A stretch of DNA of 64,000 nt, taken from assembly GCF_018350175.1 (NCBI RefSeq), contig NC_058382.1, positions 60,018,001-60,082,000 on the forward strand, written 5' to 3'. This document shows, one piece after another, positions 49,201 through 62,041 of this stretch. Under the pieces are notes generated by a model that did not search any database, was not told where the DNA came from, and saw only the letters and a program-made list of their open reading frames with translations. The stretch comes from Felis catus. Its lineage: Eukaryota. The position numbers were made by a program, and so were the translations under genes. Numbering within the stretch: position 1 is the first letter of the stretch; each line of letters opens with the position of its first letter.

Positions 49201-50347
49201 CTGTGAGGAGGGCACGGCGTGGGGGGGGTGCCCACAGAGCCACAGGGAAGCCCTGGGGGAGGTGGCGAGGTGGCCCGCCGAGCCCAGGCGAGGAGGGGCG
49301 GGACTTGGAAGGGAGAGGAGAAAGGATGGCGAGGACCGTCCCCGATGCCGCTTCCCTGCAGGCTGAGGCGGCTCCCTCGTGTTTGTCGGGATTTGATGCC
49401 GTGGGCCTTGGCCACGTACTGTTCTGTCGTAGAGAAAGCATTTCACGGTGATCGTCATAACATGCCTACGGAAAGCTCCGCCCTCGGGAAGGACAGAGGA
49501 TGAAGGGAGCCCGTGTCATCTACACCCTCCCTCCCTCACGGGTACCAGCAGGTCCACCGTGATCACTCCAGGCCTCTCGTGTGCATTACACACACAGACA
49601 TGTGACCACACGCGCGTGCGCGCGCGCGCGCGGGAGCGCGCACTTGTTAGAAAGCCGAACTGGGATCGTATACATGCTGTCGGGCGATTTTCCTCTTATA
49701 TTCCTTTCCGTTGGCGTTGTGTTCTGGGGATCTTTCCATTTTGCTCCGTGTGATTGAAGCAGTGTCATTCCCGTTAACAAGTGCAGCGGTTGACGGGACG
49801 GCCTGCCTGCCGTCACTTCTTTTCTCGTTCCCCGAAGTTCAGGCGCTTAGGTCGTTGATCGTGGTCGGCGGGTTCTCCTTCCTGTGCCCCAGGGAAGACG
49901 CTGTCTTCGTGGGCTTGCTAAGGTTCTGACCAGTCGTTGCCATCAGAGACATTGTCGTACATTAATCTCAGTCCAGCTGCTTTATTATGTTAAGACTGGA
50001 CTGTCTCCAGGACTTCTGAGAAATGGTAAATTTAATTTGCCAAAATGGCAACCGCATGTATCGCTCTGTTCCAGTTTTCTTGGGCTTCTTGCCCTAGTTT
50101 TTTCTATTCAAACCTTCCCTGTTAGCAGAATTTTAAGTGACTCTGTCCTGGCAACAGAACCATTTTGAGTAAACAACTTGGATAACGTGTGGTGTCCTCA
50201 TTTGGAAGACGTTGGGATGCAGGATTTTATGGAGAGTTTGGAGTATTTTCCTCAGCTGCTCGCGGAACTGTTAGAGGCCAGGAAAAAGCTTGAACTGGGC
50301 GTTTGAAAACTTTCCATTAGCCCTTTATGAGACAGCTAGTTTAACCT

Positions 50348-50409
50348 GGAGCCTCTGAGCCCAGGGCCGTCGCGAACGGAGCCTGTGAGCCCAGGGCCGT
50401 CGCGAACGG
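50348..50409. repeat. 30-bp tandem duplication
   Basis: GGAGCCT(C/G)TGAGCCCAGGGCCGTCGCGAAC twice (50348-50377, 50378-50407), one mismatch. Confidence 0.95.
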
Positions 50410-52911
50410 CTTCGGTGCGCAACACTTAGGTCAAGCCTGGCTGCGCATTACAGATCCCAGAATACGCTGTTTCAGAGCAGGTGGCTGGTTATTTTCCTTT
50501 CTGATAAGGAAGTCTGAGGCCGGCAGTCCAGGGACATGTGGCAGCGTCCGTCTTGTCCTTTGCTCCGCTGTTCTGGTTCCTTCTGTCCCGTCCTCATCCC
50601 TATAGTCCAGCAGCAGGAAAACAGGATGGCTGTGGCCACACGCCAGGTGTCCTCAACGAGGTGTCGTGGCAGCTGCCCCGCGTCTGCACGTATACCCCCT
50701 CGGCCAGGCCTGGTCACCAGGCTGCAGGAGCGGCTGGCGGGGGGAGCGGTCTGGCGGCCGCGTGGCCCAGTAAATTCGGGTTCCTCCACTGAGCATCAGG
50801 AGAAGGGCGGCTGAGATAGGCAGCCCTTCCTGGTGTTTGTGAAGCTCTGAAACTTGGCAGAATTTTGTCTGTCGTGCTTTTTTCCTGGAAAAGGGTCTAC
50901 AGTTTTTTGTTTTGTTTTGTTTTGTTTTGTTTACATTTTGAAAGCAATCTGTGACCCCAAAACATTTTAAATCCACCAGGTCAAAGGTTGATTGGGTGGT
51001 ATTTTGTCCCCGAGGACCACTGCCTTCAGGAAACAGCTCACTGTACCCTTTAATAATCTTTGCTTGGGCTCTTAATTTGGACAGAAGACGACCAAGTTTA
51101 CGGCCCGAGTAGCCCCCATCTTCAGACTGACTGCCAGTGAATCTGTACTTAGGGGTCATCTTTGGAGGACACGGAGTCAGCAGACATCTGTTCTCTACCC
51201 CGCGTCAGGCCTGACAGACCCTCCTGGGTCCACCGGGTTCGCCGTGGCGCCTCCTCGGAGCGGTTGCCGTGCGTGCGACACCCGCTCCTAGGGAGGGACA
51301 CGCGCTCCAGCGCCCAGGCAGCACGCTCTGGGATGGACGCTGGAATTGAGGATTTCCCCAGCAGTTTACGCCCATGTGTTTAGCTGACCAGTTTTATTTC
51401 TGAGAAGGTGACACATGCGCAGGATAAAAATGCAAATATTATAAGAGAGTGAAAAGGGAAAAATAATTTTGTCTCCCTCTTATGTCCCAGGAATCATCTG
51501 TGCAAATAGTCTGTGCATATCCAGCATATTTCTTTTCAAAAAAAAAGCATGCTATACACTTTCTGCCCCGCTTATATTCATATAATTCTGTATCTTGGGC
51601 GTGGTTTCTGGGAGACACCTGCCTGGCTCTTTCACACGGCCACTTGGCGTCCCGTCGTGTGGCCTCGTGGGCCCTGTTTTAACTCCCTGTTGGTGTACGT
51701 GTAGGCTGCGTCCACCCTTTTGCCTCTAGAACCACGCCTTGGTTGTGTTGTTTTGTTTCGGGTTTTTGGGTACGTAGATCTTGGCACAGGTCTGCTTGTC
51801 CTGATTCTCAAGGACACGAAGAATGATCGACCTGGACTGTCCCAGAAGTACCCGTCCGCACACGAACGTTCTCAGAAGGGAACGCCAGTGCTCCCACTCA
51901 ACGTGGTCATGGGAGATCGTCGGCCTTTTTCTGTGTGTGTTCTCCCAACGTTTTTCCCCATTGTGAACAGTCGTATGTGTGCCACAGAGCGTGTAGCCAT
52001 TGTGGGCGGTGCTCTCTCCTTTATATTCTTCACTTAGTCTTAGTTCTGCTTGTAAACGCACAGTGCTCACCCCCAGCCAGTGTGCGTGTTGGCTCCTCAA
52101 GTGACTTGAGTTTTCTGAGCTTTGTTTTCTAGCAGCTTTTTCAGGAAGGGTTGATGGGAACGCCCTTCTCTGAGAGCTAGCGGGTGACAAATGTTTGCTG
52201 CCTTCACACTTGAAAGTCATTCTGTCTGGATATAAAATTCTTGGCTCACATTTCTTTCTTCGAGTATCTTAGACACGTTAATCTACTTTTTTGTGTTGTA
52301 TTTGATCATCCGTTTTTGCCCATCTTAAGTCACCTGGTGTTTTTGCCTGGATGTGTAAAGGAATTTTTTTTTTTTTAATTTTTATTAGCACGTGTCTTGG
52401 GATTGATTCGTCCCCCCGCTCCCGCACCGAGGTTTGTGGTGTGTCTTTTTCATAAGTAGTTTTAAACTTTCCCCCTTCTGAAGAGTTTTCTTGATTCACC
52501 CTTTTGAGTGCTCTGTTTCCTTGGACTTTGCTTTGGTTTTCGTCATTAGAGCCTTGCTCTCCACGTCCACGGGGCCTTCTCTGCCCGTCTTCTGTGCTCC
52601 TCATTCTTGAACTCTTCCTTCCTTTCGTTCTCATTCTTCCAATTTGCCCCCTTTTTCTCACTTCATTTTTCTTAAGGCACAGTTTGCCGTGTTGATGTGC
52701 TCCCGGGCGCCTCCTCACTTCCCTCCTGCGTCCTGTCCCCTCACTTCTGCACGTCTGTAACGCTGGCTTAACGGCTAACGATAACCCGCTCCCTCTGTGT
52801 AGTTCAGCTTGTTTTGGAATACTAGGGTTGGGTTTCATCTCTTTCAAGGACATGGCCTTACGCTTTCATGGTCTGTAGTGCTATTATTTTCCCCCTTAGT
52901 CTCTTTTTCTA

Positions 52912-53132
52912 TTTTTTTATTAAAAAAGTATTTTTAATGTTTATTTTGGAGAGAGACACACAGAGTGTGAGTGGGAGAGGGGCAGAGAGAGAGGGAGACA
53001 CAGCATCCGAAGCAGGTTGCAGGCTCCGAGCCGTCAGCGCGGAGCCTGACGCGGGGCCTGAACCCACGAACCGCGAGATCGTGACCTGAGCTGAAGTCGG
53101 ACGCTTAACTGACCGAGCCACCCAAGTGCTCC
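52912..53132 (-). mobile_element. CAN-SINE within old L1-like antisense sequence
   Basis: Full body; TSD TTAGTCTCTTTT. Confidence 0.92.
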
Positions 53133-54156
53133 TTTAGTCTCTTTTAAAACATATAATCTTTGCATGAGATTGGACTTCAGTATTTTCTGTTGTTCATTTT
53201 CATGTGGAATTAATTTGCCTGGATGTTTAGAAGGGAGGCAGGATTTAGAATAGTTATCTCTAATTTCCGTGTTCTAGGCTCTACATTCTATTGATGTTAG
53301 AAAGTTTTAAAAGACGCAGTAACTCACTTTCTGAGGTCTCCTGGCTCTGTTTTTTTTCTCCCACTTTCTTTTTTTTTAAGTTAGCTCTGTACCCAACATG
53401 GGGCTCGGACTCACCACTCAGAGCACATACCACTGATGTAGCCAGCCGGGTACACCTTTCTCTCTCATCTTCAACCAGACTTCCATTTCTCTCAGTCTCT
53501 ATTTTCTCTGTCCTGTACGTTTGGTATTCTATTTCCAGTTGTTTCTCTCTAGGGTATTTAGCCTAGAAGGGAGCTTTGGGTAGTTAGCCTTGAGAGTTCA
53601 TGGGGCCCAGACTGTCTAGGCCTTCTAGATGCTCCCGCAAAGCCCTTTGCGGCTGTCCGCCATTGGACTGTGCTCACCGCCTGGTTTCAGCTGCTGTCGT
53701 CACCCTGTCCCATTGCTTCTGTCTGCTTCCTGCTTTGTACCTGCTCCCACCATGGCGATCCTGTAGCTGTCAGTGATTTGTCCCCACTTGCTGGTATTTT
53801 GGGGTTCAATAGGAATACCTCATCACTCAATCTTGTTATAGACATGGGCCTGGGTTTTGGTTTTGCTATCCCACTTGCTCGTGTGTTTTTATGGCGGGAC
53901 ATGGAAAGATTAAAAATCTTCGTCACTGCTGTCTTTTCGTAGTTGGGCTCTTAAAGGGTTCTGTCACAGTACCTTGAGGCCTTTTTCCCTCCCTGGCGCT
54001 TGTCATCAGTTTCTCCTTTGGTGCATAGACACCTTGTTCGCTGTTGAGTCAGGTGTATCAACTGGGAATAGAAGCACCTTTGCAAGTTTACCGGTTATAC
54101 ATTTGATCATGCATTTACGTAGAAATGTTGCACATACTCCATAAAGGAAGATTTAA

Positions 54157-54291
54157 GGGGCGCCTGGGCGGCTCAATTGGTGAAGCATCTGACTCTTGAC
54201 TTCTGCTCAGGTCATGATCTCGTGGCTCGTGAGATCAAGTCCCGAATCAGGCTCTGCACTCAGCTTGGAGCCTGCTTGGGATTCTCTCTCT

Positions 54292-54326
<35 letters not shown>

Positions 54327-54390
54327 CTCTGCCCGTCCCCACCCCCATACTGTCCCTACCCCCTGCACTCACCAAAAGAAAAAAGAAAAG
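54157..54390 (+). mobile_element. CAN-SINE
   Basis: GGGGCGCCTGG head, (TC)n; TSD AAAGG.AGATTTAAGG. Confidence 0.9.
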
Positions 54391-55643
54391 GGAGATTTAA
54401 GGCAGGAGATTGGTTTCTCCTTTTTATAATTGTTTTCTCTAAGAAATTATGTAGAATTTAAATCTGGAAGAAGGGGAAGAGGAGCCACTCTATTCACAGG
54501 ATGTGAGAATTTAGAGCTTTATGCCTCTTGGAACTTACTCGTTAACAGGAGTTGTCGCTAGACCCGTAGCTGAAAGCGGGTGATCTGGAAACTTTAATTT
54601 GACTCCTCCTGCCCCACAGGAGTGTTGACTGGGGGCTGGGAGCACTTGGTGCCAAAAGGAACTAGCTGTAGAGTTGAGGGCATAGTCTGGTTGGGGAAAG
54701 ATCGATACAGGATTTATTTTATAAACATTTACCACAAATAATTAAAACAAAACACGTAAGATAAAGTATCACGGTGACGTGGATTCCTGACTTCTCCAGG
54801 ATGTCCCATTTTTACGTAGCATGTTTAGATCCGTGTGTTGATAGACCGTATCTGACACGACACGGCCTCATTTTTGTTTTGGAAGATAAGGTCTCTCTTG
54901 GCCTAATCAGAGTGTTTCAGGAGCAAGAAGAAAGTAACTGACTGTTCCAGACATGGTTTTTGGCTCAGGGATGACAGTTCAAACCCCTGCCCGTGAGGGC
55001 GCCTGGGGGAAAGGACGATGGTGCTCCCAGGCCACGGTAGCAGGGCGGTGCTGTGGTTTGGGTCTGCTCTGGAAGCCAAAGGAAAGCAAAGCAGAGGCGC
55101 TTAGCGGAATGGTGCCTTGAGCCGCAGAAACGGAGTATGGGAGCAACAGCCCTGGGTAGAAGGGCCCGTTCAGGTAAAAGCGGGAGGCAGGGCAGCGTGG
55201 TACCGGGCGGTGCGGCGTGTGTGGCAGGATGGGCCGCCGGGCGGGGGCCGCTGAGAGTCCGGGCCGGCGGACGGCACGGTCAGTGCTCAGGCCGTCACGG
55301 GAGGCCGAGCGGGGGAGGCTGGTGCGCGGAGTGGACCGAGGAAGCGGGAGGTGGGAGGCTGTGGGGCAGGGCCGGTCTGGCGGTGAGGATGAGCAGGGTT
55401 TTGAACTGCCGCTCGCTTCTCCGAGAGCACTCCCTTCTGGTGGTCTGAGCGAGGAGTGGCCTGTATCAAACAGCACGGCACCGGATGTGATCTGGGAGCC
55501 ACGAGGCTGGCGGTCAGCCTCACGTCACAGGTCACCGTGTGATCTCCCTGTCCCTGTCTGTCTCGCCTCTGTAGGTGGCAGAGACGCAGTCCTGCGCGAG
55601 TCTGACTCCTGCGCACTCGCCGGCCACCCTCCTCTCGCTCTGG

Positions 55644-55713
55644 ATGATGTCAGAACAGGATCTGGCGGACGTGGTGCAGATTGCCGTGGAAGACCTGAGT
55701 CCTGGTCACCCAG
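55644..55713 (+). CDS. BANP: BANP/SMAR1 first coding exon (exon 2; exon begins at 55575)
   Basis: Acceptor TCTCGCCTCTGTAG|55575, ATG at 55644, MMSEQDLADVVQIAVEDLSPGHP(V), donor CAG|GTAGG. 70 coding nt, phase 1. Confidence 0.95.
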
Positions 55714-56274
55714 GTAGGGAGCTGGGGGGCAGCTCACATTCTTATTCTCTCTGTCCCTCAGAAGTCCAGAAGCACTTCCAGAAGTTTTCTTTCCTTTGAG
55801 AAGTGAAGCAAGAGCAAAGGCGATGCACGCGCTAACCACGGGGAGCCGGAACGTCGGCCCCGTGGCCGTCCATCCCAGGGGGAAGCCACCTTCCTCCCCT
55901 GCCCACGGTGGTCCCGTGACCCTTGGGGTTCCACAGCTTCCCCCCGGACTGTAGTGCGCCTTGGAAACCATGCTTGGCGGGAGCGCACAGGTCTGCTTCG
56001 CGTGTGCCCCGACCGATGGGCCTCTTCCCCGCAGACGCCACTGACCTTGTCTGCACCACACCCTGGTAGTCAGGACCCTTGCCTGTGTATCTTCGCAGAT
56101 GTGTTTGTAGGGTAAGTTCCCAGAAGTAGAACTGCTGTGTATGTTCAAACTTTTGATACGACGCTAACAGATTTCCCGGAAAAGTTTTCACTTTTTTTTT
56201 TTAATAATTTTTTTTTAAACACTCAACTGGTTTATTTGCATGATTAATAGTCACATTTCCAATAGTGGGTTTTT

Positions 56275-56460
56275 TCTCTTTAACGTTTATTTTTGAGAGA
56301 GTTGGGGGTGGTCAGAGCGAGAGGGAGACAGGATCCCAAGCAGGCTCCAGGTTCTGAGCTGTCAGCACAGAGCCCGACACGGGCTTGACCTCATAAGCAA
56401 ACCATGAGATCGTGGCCTCAGCCAGTCAGACGCTTCACGACTGAGCCACCCAGGCGCCCC
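56275..56460 (-). mobile_element. CAN-SINE
   Basis: TTTAACGTTTATTTTTGAGAGAG...GAGCCACCCAGGCGCCCC. Confidence 0.9.
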
Positions 56461-59400
56461 TCGCAGTAATGTTTTATTCAGTTATTCTGTCATTGACTGT
56501 GTGTGAGAATGACTTTTTCTCTGTATTTTTGTTTAAGGCTGGTAATTTTTCTTAATGATGTTAAAAGCACACATCTACTTTGAAACTTTAAATATTTGTC
56601 TTGAGCAGACTGTGTATAAAAGAAACCCTACATTTTAAGAATTTCATCTATGAAAAGCTTTGTGTACACATTTGTTTTAGAAGATTTCTTAGTAAATTCC
56701 TCCCCCTCTTTTTTTTTAAAGTTTGAAATGAGAAGCGCATACGATACAATCACTGAGTGTTTTAGTTGCCTGGTTATTCTTTTTGGAATAATAGAATTGA
56801 AAGGCTGACTTTTTTTTTCCCCCCGCAGAAAAGAGAATTTTCAGAAATCTCATAAGAAGTAGGAAGACGTCTATCTTTTGTGATCTGTTTGATATGTTAA
56901 TGGAAAAAACTTCATTTGGAGCTCAGCTCTGCTCTGGAAGGGAGAGAGTAGTAGAAATGATTGTAGAATCACGTGAGCAGTCACAAAGAAATAGAGGTCC
57001 TCTTTTGAGGGATGCTGTGCTTTACCTCTTAGTTTGCTTCTGATTTGTTTGTAAGAACCACTGTCACCTGTTGGCTGGCGAGATCAAGAGCCTGGCAGGT
57101 CACCGAACAAAGTTACGGTCTGTGAGTGCAGCTGTGTGACCACAGTTTTGTCTGTGAAAGTTAGTCTGTTTGTTTAGAGCTGGAACTTGGAACCTTGGCC
57201 TCATTAGCACCACACCTTAGATGCCACTGAGCTAAGAAAAACAGAAGCGCTATCACTGTAGAACACTTTTAAAAATGTCTTCATATTTTGGTAGGTGAAT
57301 GACAGTTTCTTTAGAAAACACACATTGCAATGTTACCAAAGAAAAATGTTCCCATTACATAACTTTTAAACCTTTTTAGAACTGTTAAACTTCCAGAGAG
57401 TTTCCTTCGTAAATAAATTGTTTCTCTGTAGATTATAGTTCAGAGAAGGCTCAGAGAAACCATTTCTAAGCTTGGTTTTATCCCGTCTCTGTTCCTTAAA
57501 TAACTGGGAACTATAGTTTACTGTTTCTCGAGACCATTGTGTACGGGGCTCTCTGAGGCCTTAGTAGGCAGAAAGCTTCCAATCTCTGGTCCAGAAGGAC
57601 TTGCACACACCCAGCAAATACCACGCTGCATATACGTGTTTGCCTCTAGAGTGGGCTTAAGACTGAGATGATTTTTTTCCCTCATCCATAAAATACGAAC
57701 TTTGGGAAATTTACAAGTAGTTAGGCAAGTAGAAGTAAATCCTAGCAGAAGAACTGCTTATTGGCATGTATGAAAACAAAGATGTTTAGGTTCCTCTACT
57801 TTTCATGTCCCCTCGCTGCCGCCCACACCCCCCCCCCCCCCCCCCCGCCCCCGGCCATGGCTACACTCACTATGCCCGTCTAGCATGGACCGAGATTGCT
57901 GCCTTCTTTAGGCCTGCCCTTCCAGTTGTTAGTCACGGCTGTAATGAACACGGAGTTCTTCTATCTAAAAGTACTGCGAGCAGAATTCTAAAAGGCAGCG
58001 CGAGCAAGCTGTGCAAACGTAGCAAAGGACGAAGGAAAGTAAACTTGTAGCCCCACGTCCATAGAAGGTCACTGCTAGGATCCTGGCACGCTCACCTCTG
58101 TCATCTGCCGCGGGTGCACTGCCTTTTACACGTCTGCCCCTTTGCTTAAAGCCTTGAGGTACTTGACGCTGCTGTGGGGCACGGACTCTTCTGTAGTTAC
58201 AGGAACTAGCCGTGTGGCCCTGGACAAGTCCCTTAACCTCACTGGACTTGCTTTCTGTTCAGCAAATTAAAAGGATTAGAATAACGGTTGCCAGGATCTG
58301 TCTTCCAGTCCTGATACAATTCACCTACCAGTTTTCACCCACCAGTGGGAGTAAATAGACTCGGGTTTTGAGAACCCGTGTTTTGCTAACCACAAACACT
58401 TGCAGGCATGGATTTTTCCTATTTTTACTTAATTGAATGAGAATCCATCCTCACCCATTTCTATGGAGGTGGCTGAGGCATTCCCTCCACAGGATCCACA
58501 GTGCAGGATGCGAAGCCCTTTGGTAAGCAAGATGCTTTCTGTCAATTTTGACCTTGGCTATAAGGGTCTGCAAGGTACAGCTCTGGATAATTCACCTCTA
58601 GGAAATCAGTTTACAGCTCTTGCCTTGGACCCATGAAAGGTTCACGTTTGAGCCATAGGACTATTCAGCGTCTCCAAGTTTTGGAGCTTCGAGATGAGTC
58701 ATCTAGTAGGTATGGGCTTAAAGGCATTGACGCTTTAAGAAAAATCGAGATCTTATTTGGAACCTTAGTCTGTACAACCTGTCGAAGCGTCAATGCTTTG
58801 AGGTGGGGGCAGGGCACCTGGCTTTCCCCACGCTGGCCCCAGCTGTCCCTTAGCAGGTGAGGAATCACATGCCAGCAGGATGTGCTTTGCCCACATCTGT
58901 GCATAGCTCTGTGGGTAAAGGGCGGGGAGGCACCCTCCCGGGGGGTAGACACCGTGCCATGGCTGGTATCACGGCATGAGCCGGTGTGAGTTCCAGCATC
59001 TGTCCGGGGCTGCAGGGAAGGGGGACAGATTTCCCGGAGTAGAGATGGCTGGGCGGTGGGTGGTTCTGGGATGGTTGGGGGAGGAGCAGGGATGTGGTCA
59101 GACAGCACCCTCTGAGCCAGGCGGACGATGACGCCTGTCGCGGCGAGTCCATCCAGAATGTGGGGTGCTCAACTAGAATGTGGGGTGCACTTGAAAGGCG
59201 GACAGATGATACCCCCAAGTGTTTGCGTGCTACGGTTTATTCCCACAAGTGCCGTGGTAACCTGTCTTGGTGTGTGCATGTATACGTACGGTGTTCTACA
59301 CACGCACCTGTGTATCCTCACGCACTGGTAATATTTCTGATATTGCCCTTAAAAAGTAATTGAAGCCACTAGCCAGGAGGGTTGTCCACGTTCCGTTGCT

Positions 59401-60361
59401 AAGTGGAGAGGAAAAATGCAGACGGATCTGTTGGTAAGCCTGTGGCAGCCCCACTCTGTGTACCTGTTTGTGTCCACGTGTGACCACACAGGCCGGGGGA
59501 GGGGAAATATACTAGGCCGTGAAGGTTGGTGACTTTGGCAAGACGAGAAGGAGGAAATACCGGGGCAAAATGGAAAAGCCCTCACCGTATCATGTGGAAA
59601 ACAAACATCGAATCTGAAATTCTGTCTACGTTTGTGAGTGTGTCCCGTTTACAGATTGACTAGGTCTGGGGCCGAGGAGCAGGGGTAGAGAGAAGCGCGT
59701 TTGCAGGGACGATGTGATTGTGGCAGTTTTGGTGTGGGATTTTGTGTTACCTTTACTGTTGTTTTTGCGGCGGATGCTGGACGATAGGAAGGCGGTGGGG
59801 AGCACACCCGGGCCGGCCCAGAGTGCGGAGGAGCTGGGAGGGGGAGTTGGGAGGTGCCGACAGGGCGGGTGGCTGGTGCAGGGAGAGCTGAGGCGGTCTC
59901 CCTGAGCGCCGGGGCTGAGACGGTTTTGAGGAGTAAACACCTACGGAAAGGGAGTATAAGAGCGGTTTTGGTTTTCCAGTGCGGTGGCCAACAGACAGGA
60001 CTTGGACGCTGGAGAGAAATGTGTGTTACTTGGGTTTTCTCCTGCTGACGTTCCAACAGGGCAGCTCAACGGAGCAAGCGCTAAGTGGGAAGTCTGTCGT
60101 TTTGGTGTTAGGTCAAGTTGGTGGCCTATCAGGGAACTCCTTTGTCTGGTGTTGCACTTTTTTTTTTTTGAGATTAAGGGGAGCTCCTGTTTTCTGTTTG
60201 AGAATTTTAAGTTTACACGAAACAAGTACAATGAGAAAGGGGTTGTGTTATTTCTCCATTACCGGAAAGGCGGCCCGACTGCTTACTAGCTTAGTATCGA
60301 CGCGGCCCCGTCCGGCCGTTCACGTTCAAGTGTGTGTTCTGTCCCCGCCGTTGGTTTTCAG

Positions 60362-60453
60362 TGGTCCTGGAGAACCATGTGGTGACCGACGACGACGAGC
60401 CGGCCCTGAAGCGCCAGCGCCTGGAGATCAACTGCCAGGACCCCTCCATCAAG
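60362..60453 (+). CDS. BANP: BANP coding exon 3
   Basis: TTTTCAG acceptor, 92 nt, (V)VLENHVVTDDDEPALKRQRLEINCQDPSIK, donor AAG|GTGAG. In frame with both neighbouring exons. Confidence 0.96.
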
Positions 60454-60715
60454 GTGAGAGTGCGGCGCCTCCCCGGTCCCTCCTCCACCTGCCCCGCCTG
60501 CTGGGGGCGCGCCTGCCGCGTGGAGTGCGTGTCCCCTCCCCGCTCCGTGTCCGCTCCGCGCCCTCCGACAGCACGCGCCCCGCGCCCCGCCGCGCCACGC
60601 CGTCCCCACCCCACGCTGGGTCCCACCTGTGCCGCCGTGGCACCGTGGGCTCCGCAAGGCCGCGGCTGCGTGCGGCGGCGCAGCGCGAGTGAGACGCGCC
60701 GCCCGCTCCCTGTGG

Positions 60716-60866
60716 TCACGTGCTGCCGTCACGCGCTGCTCCTCCCTCTTATTACGTGCTGCCGTCACGCGCCGTTCTCACGCTGCCCTCACGCGCTGCC
60801 CCCTCCCAGCTGTCCGGCGCTGTTCGCTCGCTGTCCTTTCGCTGCCCTCACGTGCTGTCCTCACAC
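60716..60866. repeat. Degenerate ~13-bp minisatellite (TCACGYGCTGCCS)
   Basis: About seven dispersed TCACG(T/C)GCTG units in BANP intron 3. Confidence 0.7.
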
Positions 60867-61841
60867 CCGGTCCCCGCGGGAGTGTCCTCGGAGGGGGTGC
60901 AGGTGGGCCTTCCCTGCCAGTGGCCGCTCTGGCGAGGAGGTGTGTGGGCACAGTGACCGCTCCACGAAGCGGGTTGTGTGCACGCGTGCGGACTGTGTTC
61001 ATCACGTGGCTCCCCTCGCTCCCCGCCTCCCCGCGCAGGCCGTTTCAGAAGCGCCTAGGTCCTTGAGAAGACGAGCTCGGTTGCGCAGGGACTGGGGTTG
61101 TCTGCCCCTCCCCATTAGAGCCCGCCTCGTCCCCATTCTTGGTCCCCCCGGTCCCCTCAGCCCCGTGGCCGCCCGGGTCTCTTGTTCCCCCAGCCCTGTG
61201 CCCGCCCTGGTCTGTCCCCGTAGCCTGGTCCCTGGTCCCCGTCTCCTGGTTCCGTGCCCGTCTTTCGCAGGTGTCTGTTACTCTCCCAAGTCAAAGTCAG
61301 GAACGGAGGGAGAAGAGATGGACACCGCTTCCTGTTCTGTTCGGCGGTGGTTTCTCGAGCCTCCCCCCCTCCCCCCCACGTGCAGCAGGCAGTGCACTGG
61401 TTGCGGGCCAGCTCCCCCCCCCAGGAGCGCCCCTGGCGGGAAGCGAATTTGAGGGAAGCTCCATGGCCCAGGGAGGCGGGTGGGACTTGAGCCCGCAGCC
61501 CTGCACGCGCAGGCCGCGTGCCGGCCACTGGGTGGCGGGCTTGCTGTTCGGAAGCGCCCGGCCGGCACCGGCAGGCCGTCCGCTTGCTGTGTGCCGCTTG
61601 CCCGGTGGGCGACTCGGGCCGGCAGGGCAGCGTCCCGAAGACCGCGTGCGCGCTGTCGCAGAGCTGGGACCCTGGGCGCACGGGGACGGCCCCGGAAAGC
61701 GCGCCCTGGGGAAGGGGGCCCCCACGGAGGCGCTGCGGGGTGGTTCTCCCCGAACAGACGCGACCAGGGTCGGCATCCGGGGACGTGGCTGCTTACGGTT
61801 CTGGGCGTCCCTTCTGAGGGTCTTCTCTTTTCCGCTTGCAG

Positions 61842-62041
61842 TCATTCCTGTACTCCATTAACCAGACAATCTGCTTACGGTTGGATAGCATCGAGGCCAA
61901 GCTGCAGGCTCTGGAGGCCACTTGTAAGTCGTTAGAGGAGAAGCTGGACCTGGTCACCAACAAGCAGCACAGCCCCATCCAAGTCCCCATGGTGGCCGGC
62001 TCCCCCCTCGGCGCGACCCAGACGTGCAACAAAGTGCGATG
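61842..62041 (+). CDS. BANP: BANP coding exon 4 (coiled-coil region)
   Basis: TTGCAG acceptor, 200 nt, SFLYSINQTICLRLDSIEAKLQALEATCKSLEEKLDLVTNKQHSPIQVPMVAGSPLGATQTCNKVR(C), donor TG|GTAAG. Confidence 0.96.

Noticed and set aside
60334..61452. 372-aa ORF
   Set aside because: Only 60362-60453 is BANP exon 3; the rest is read-through into a GC-rich intron.
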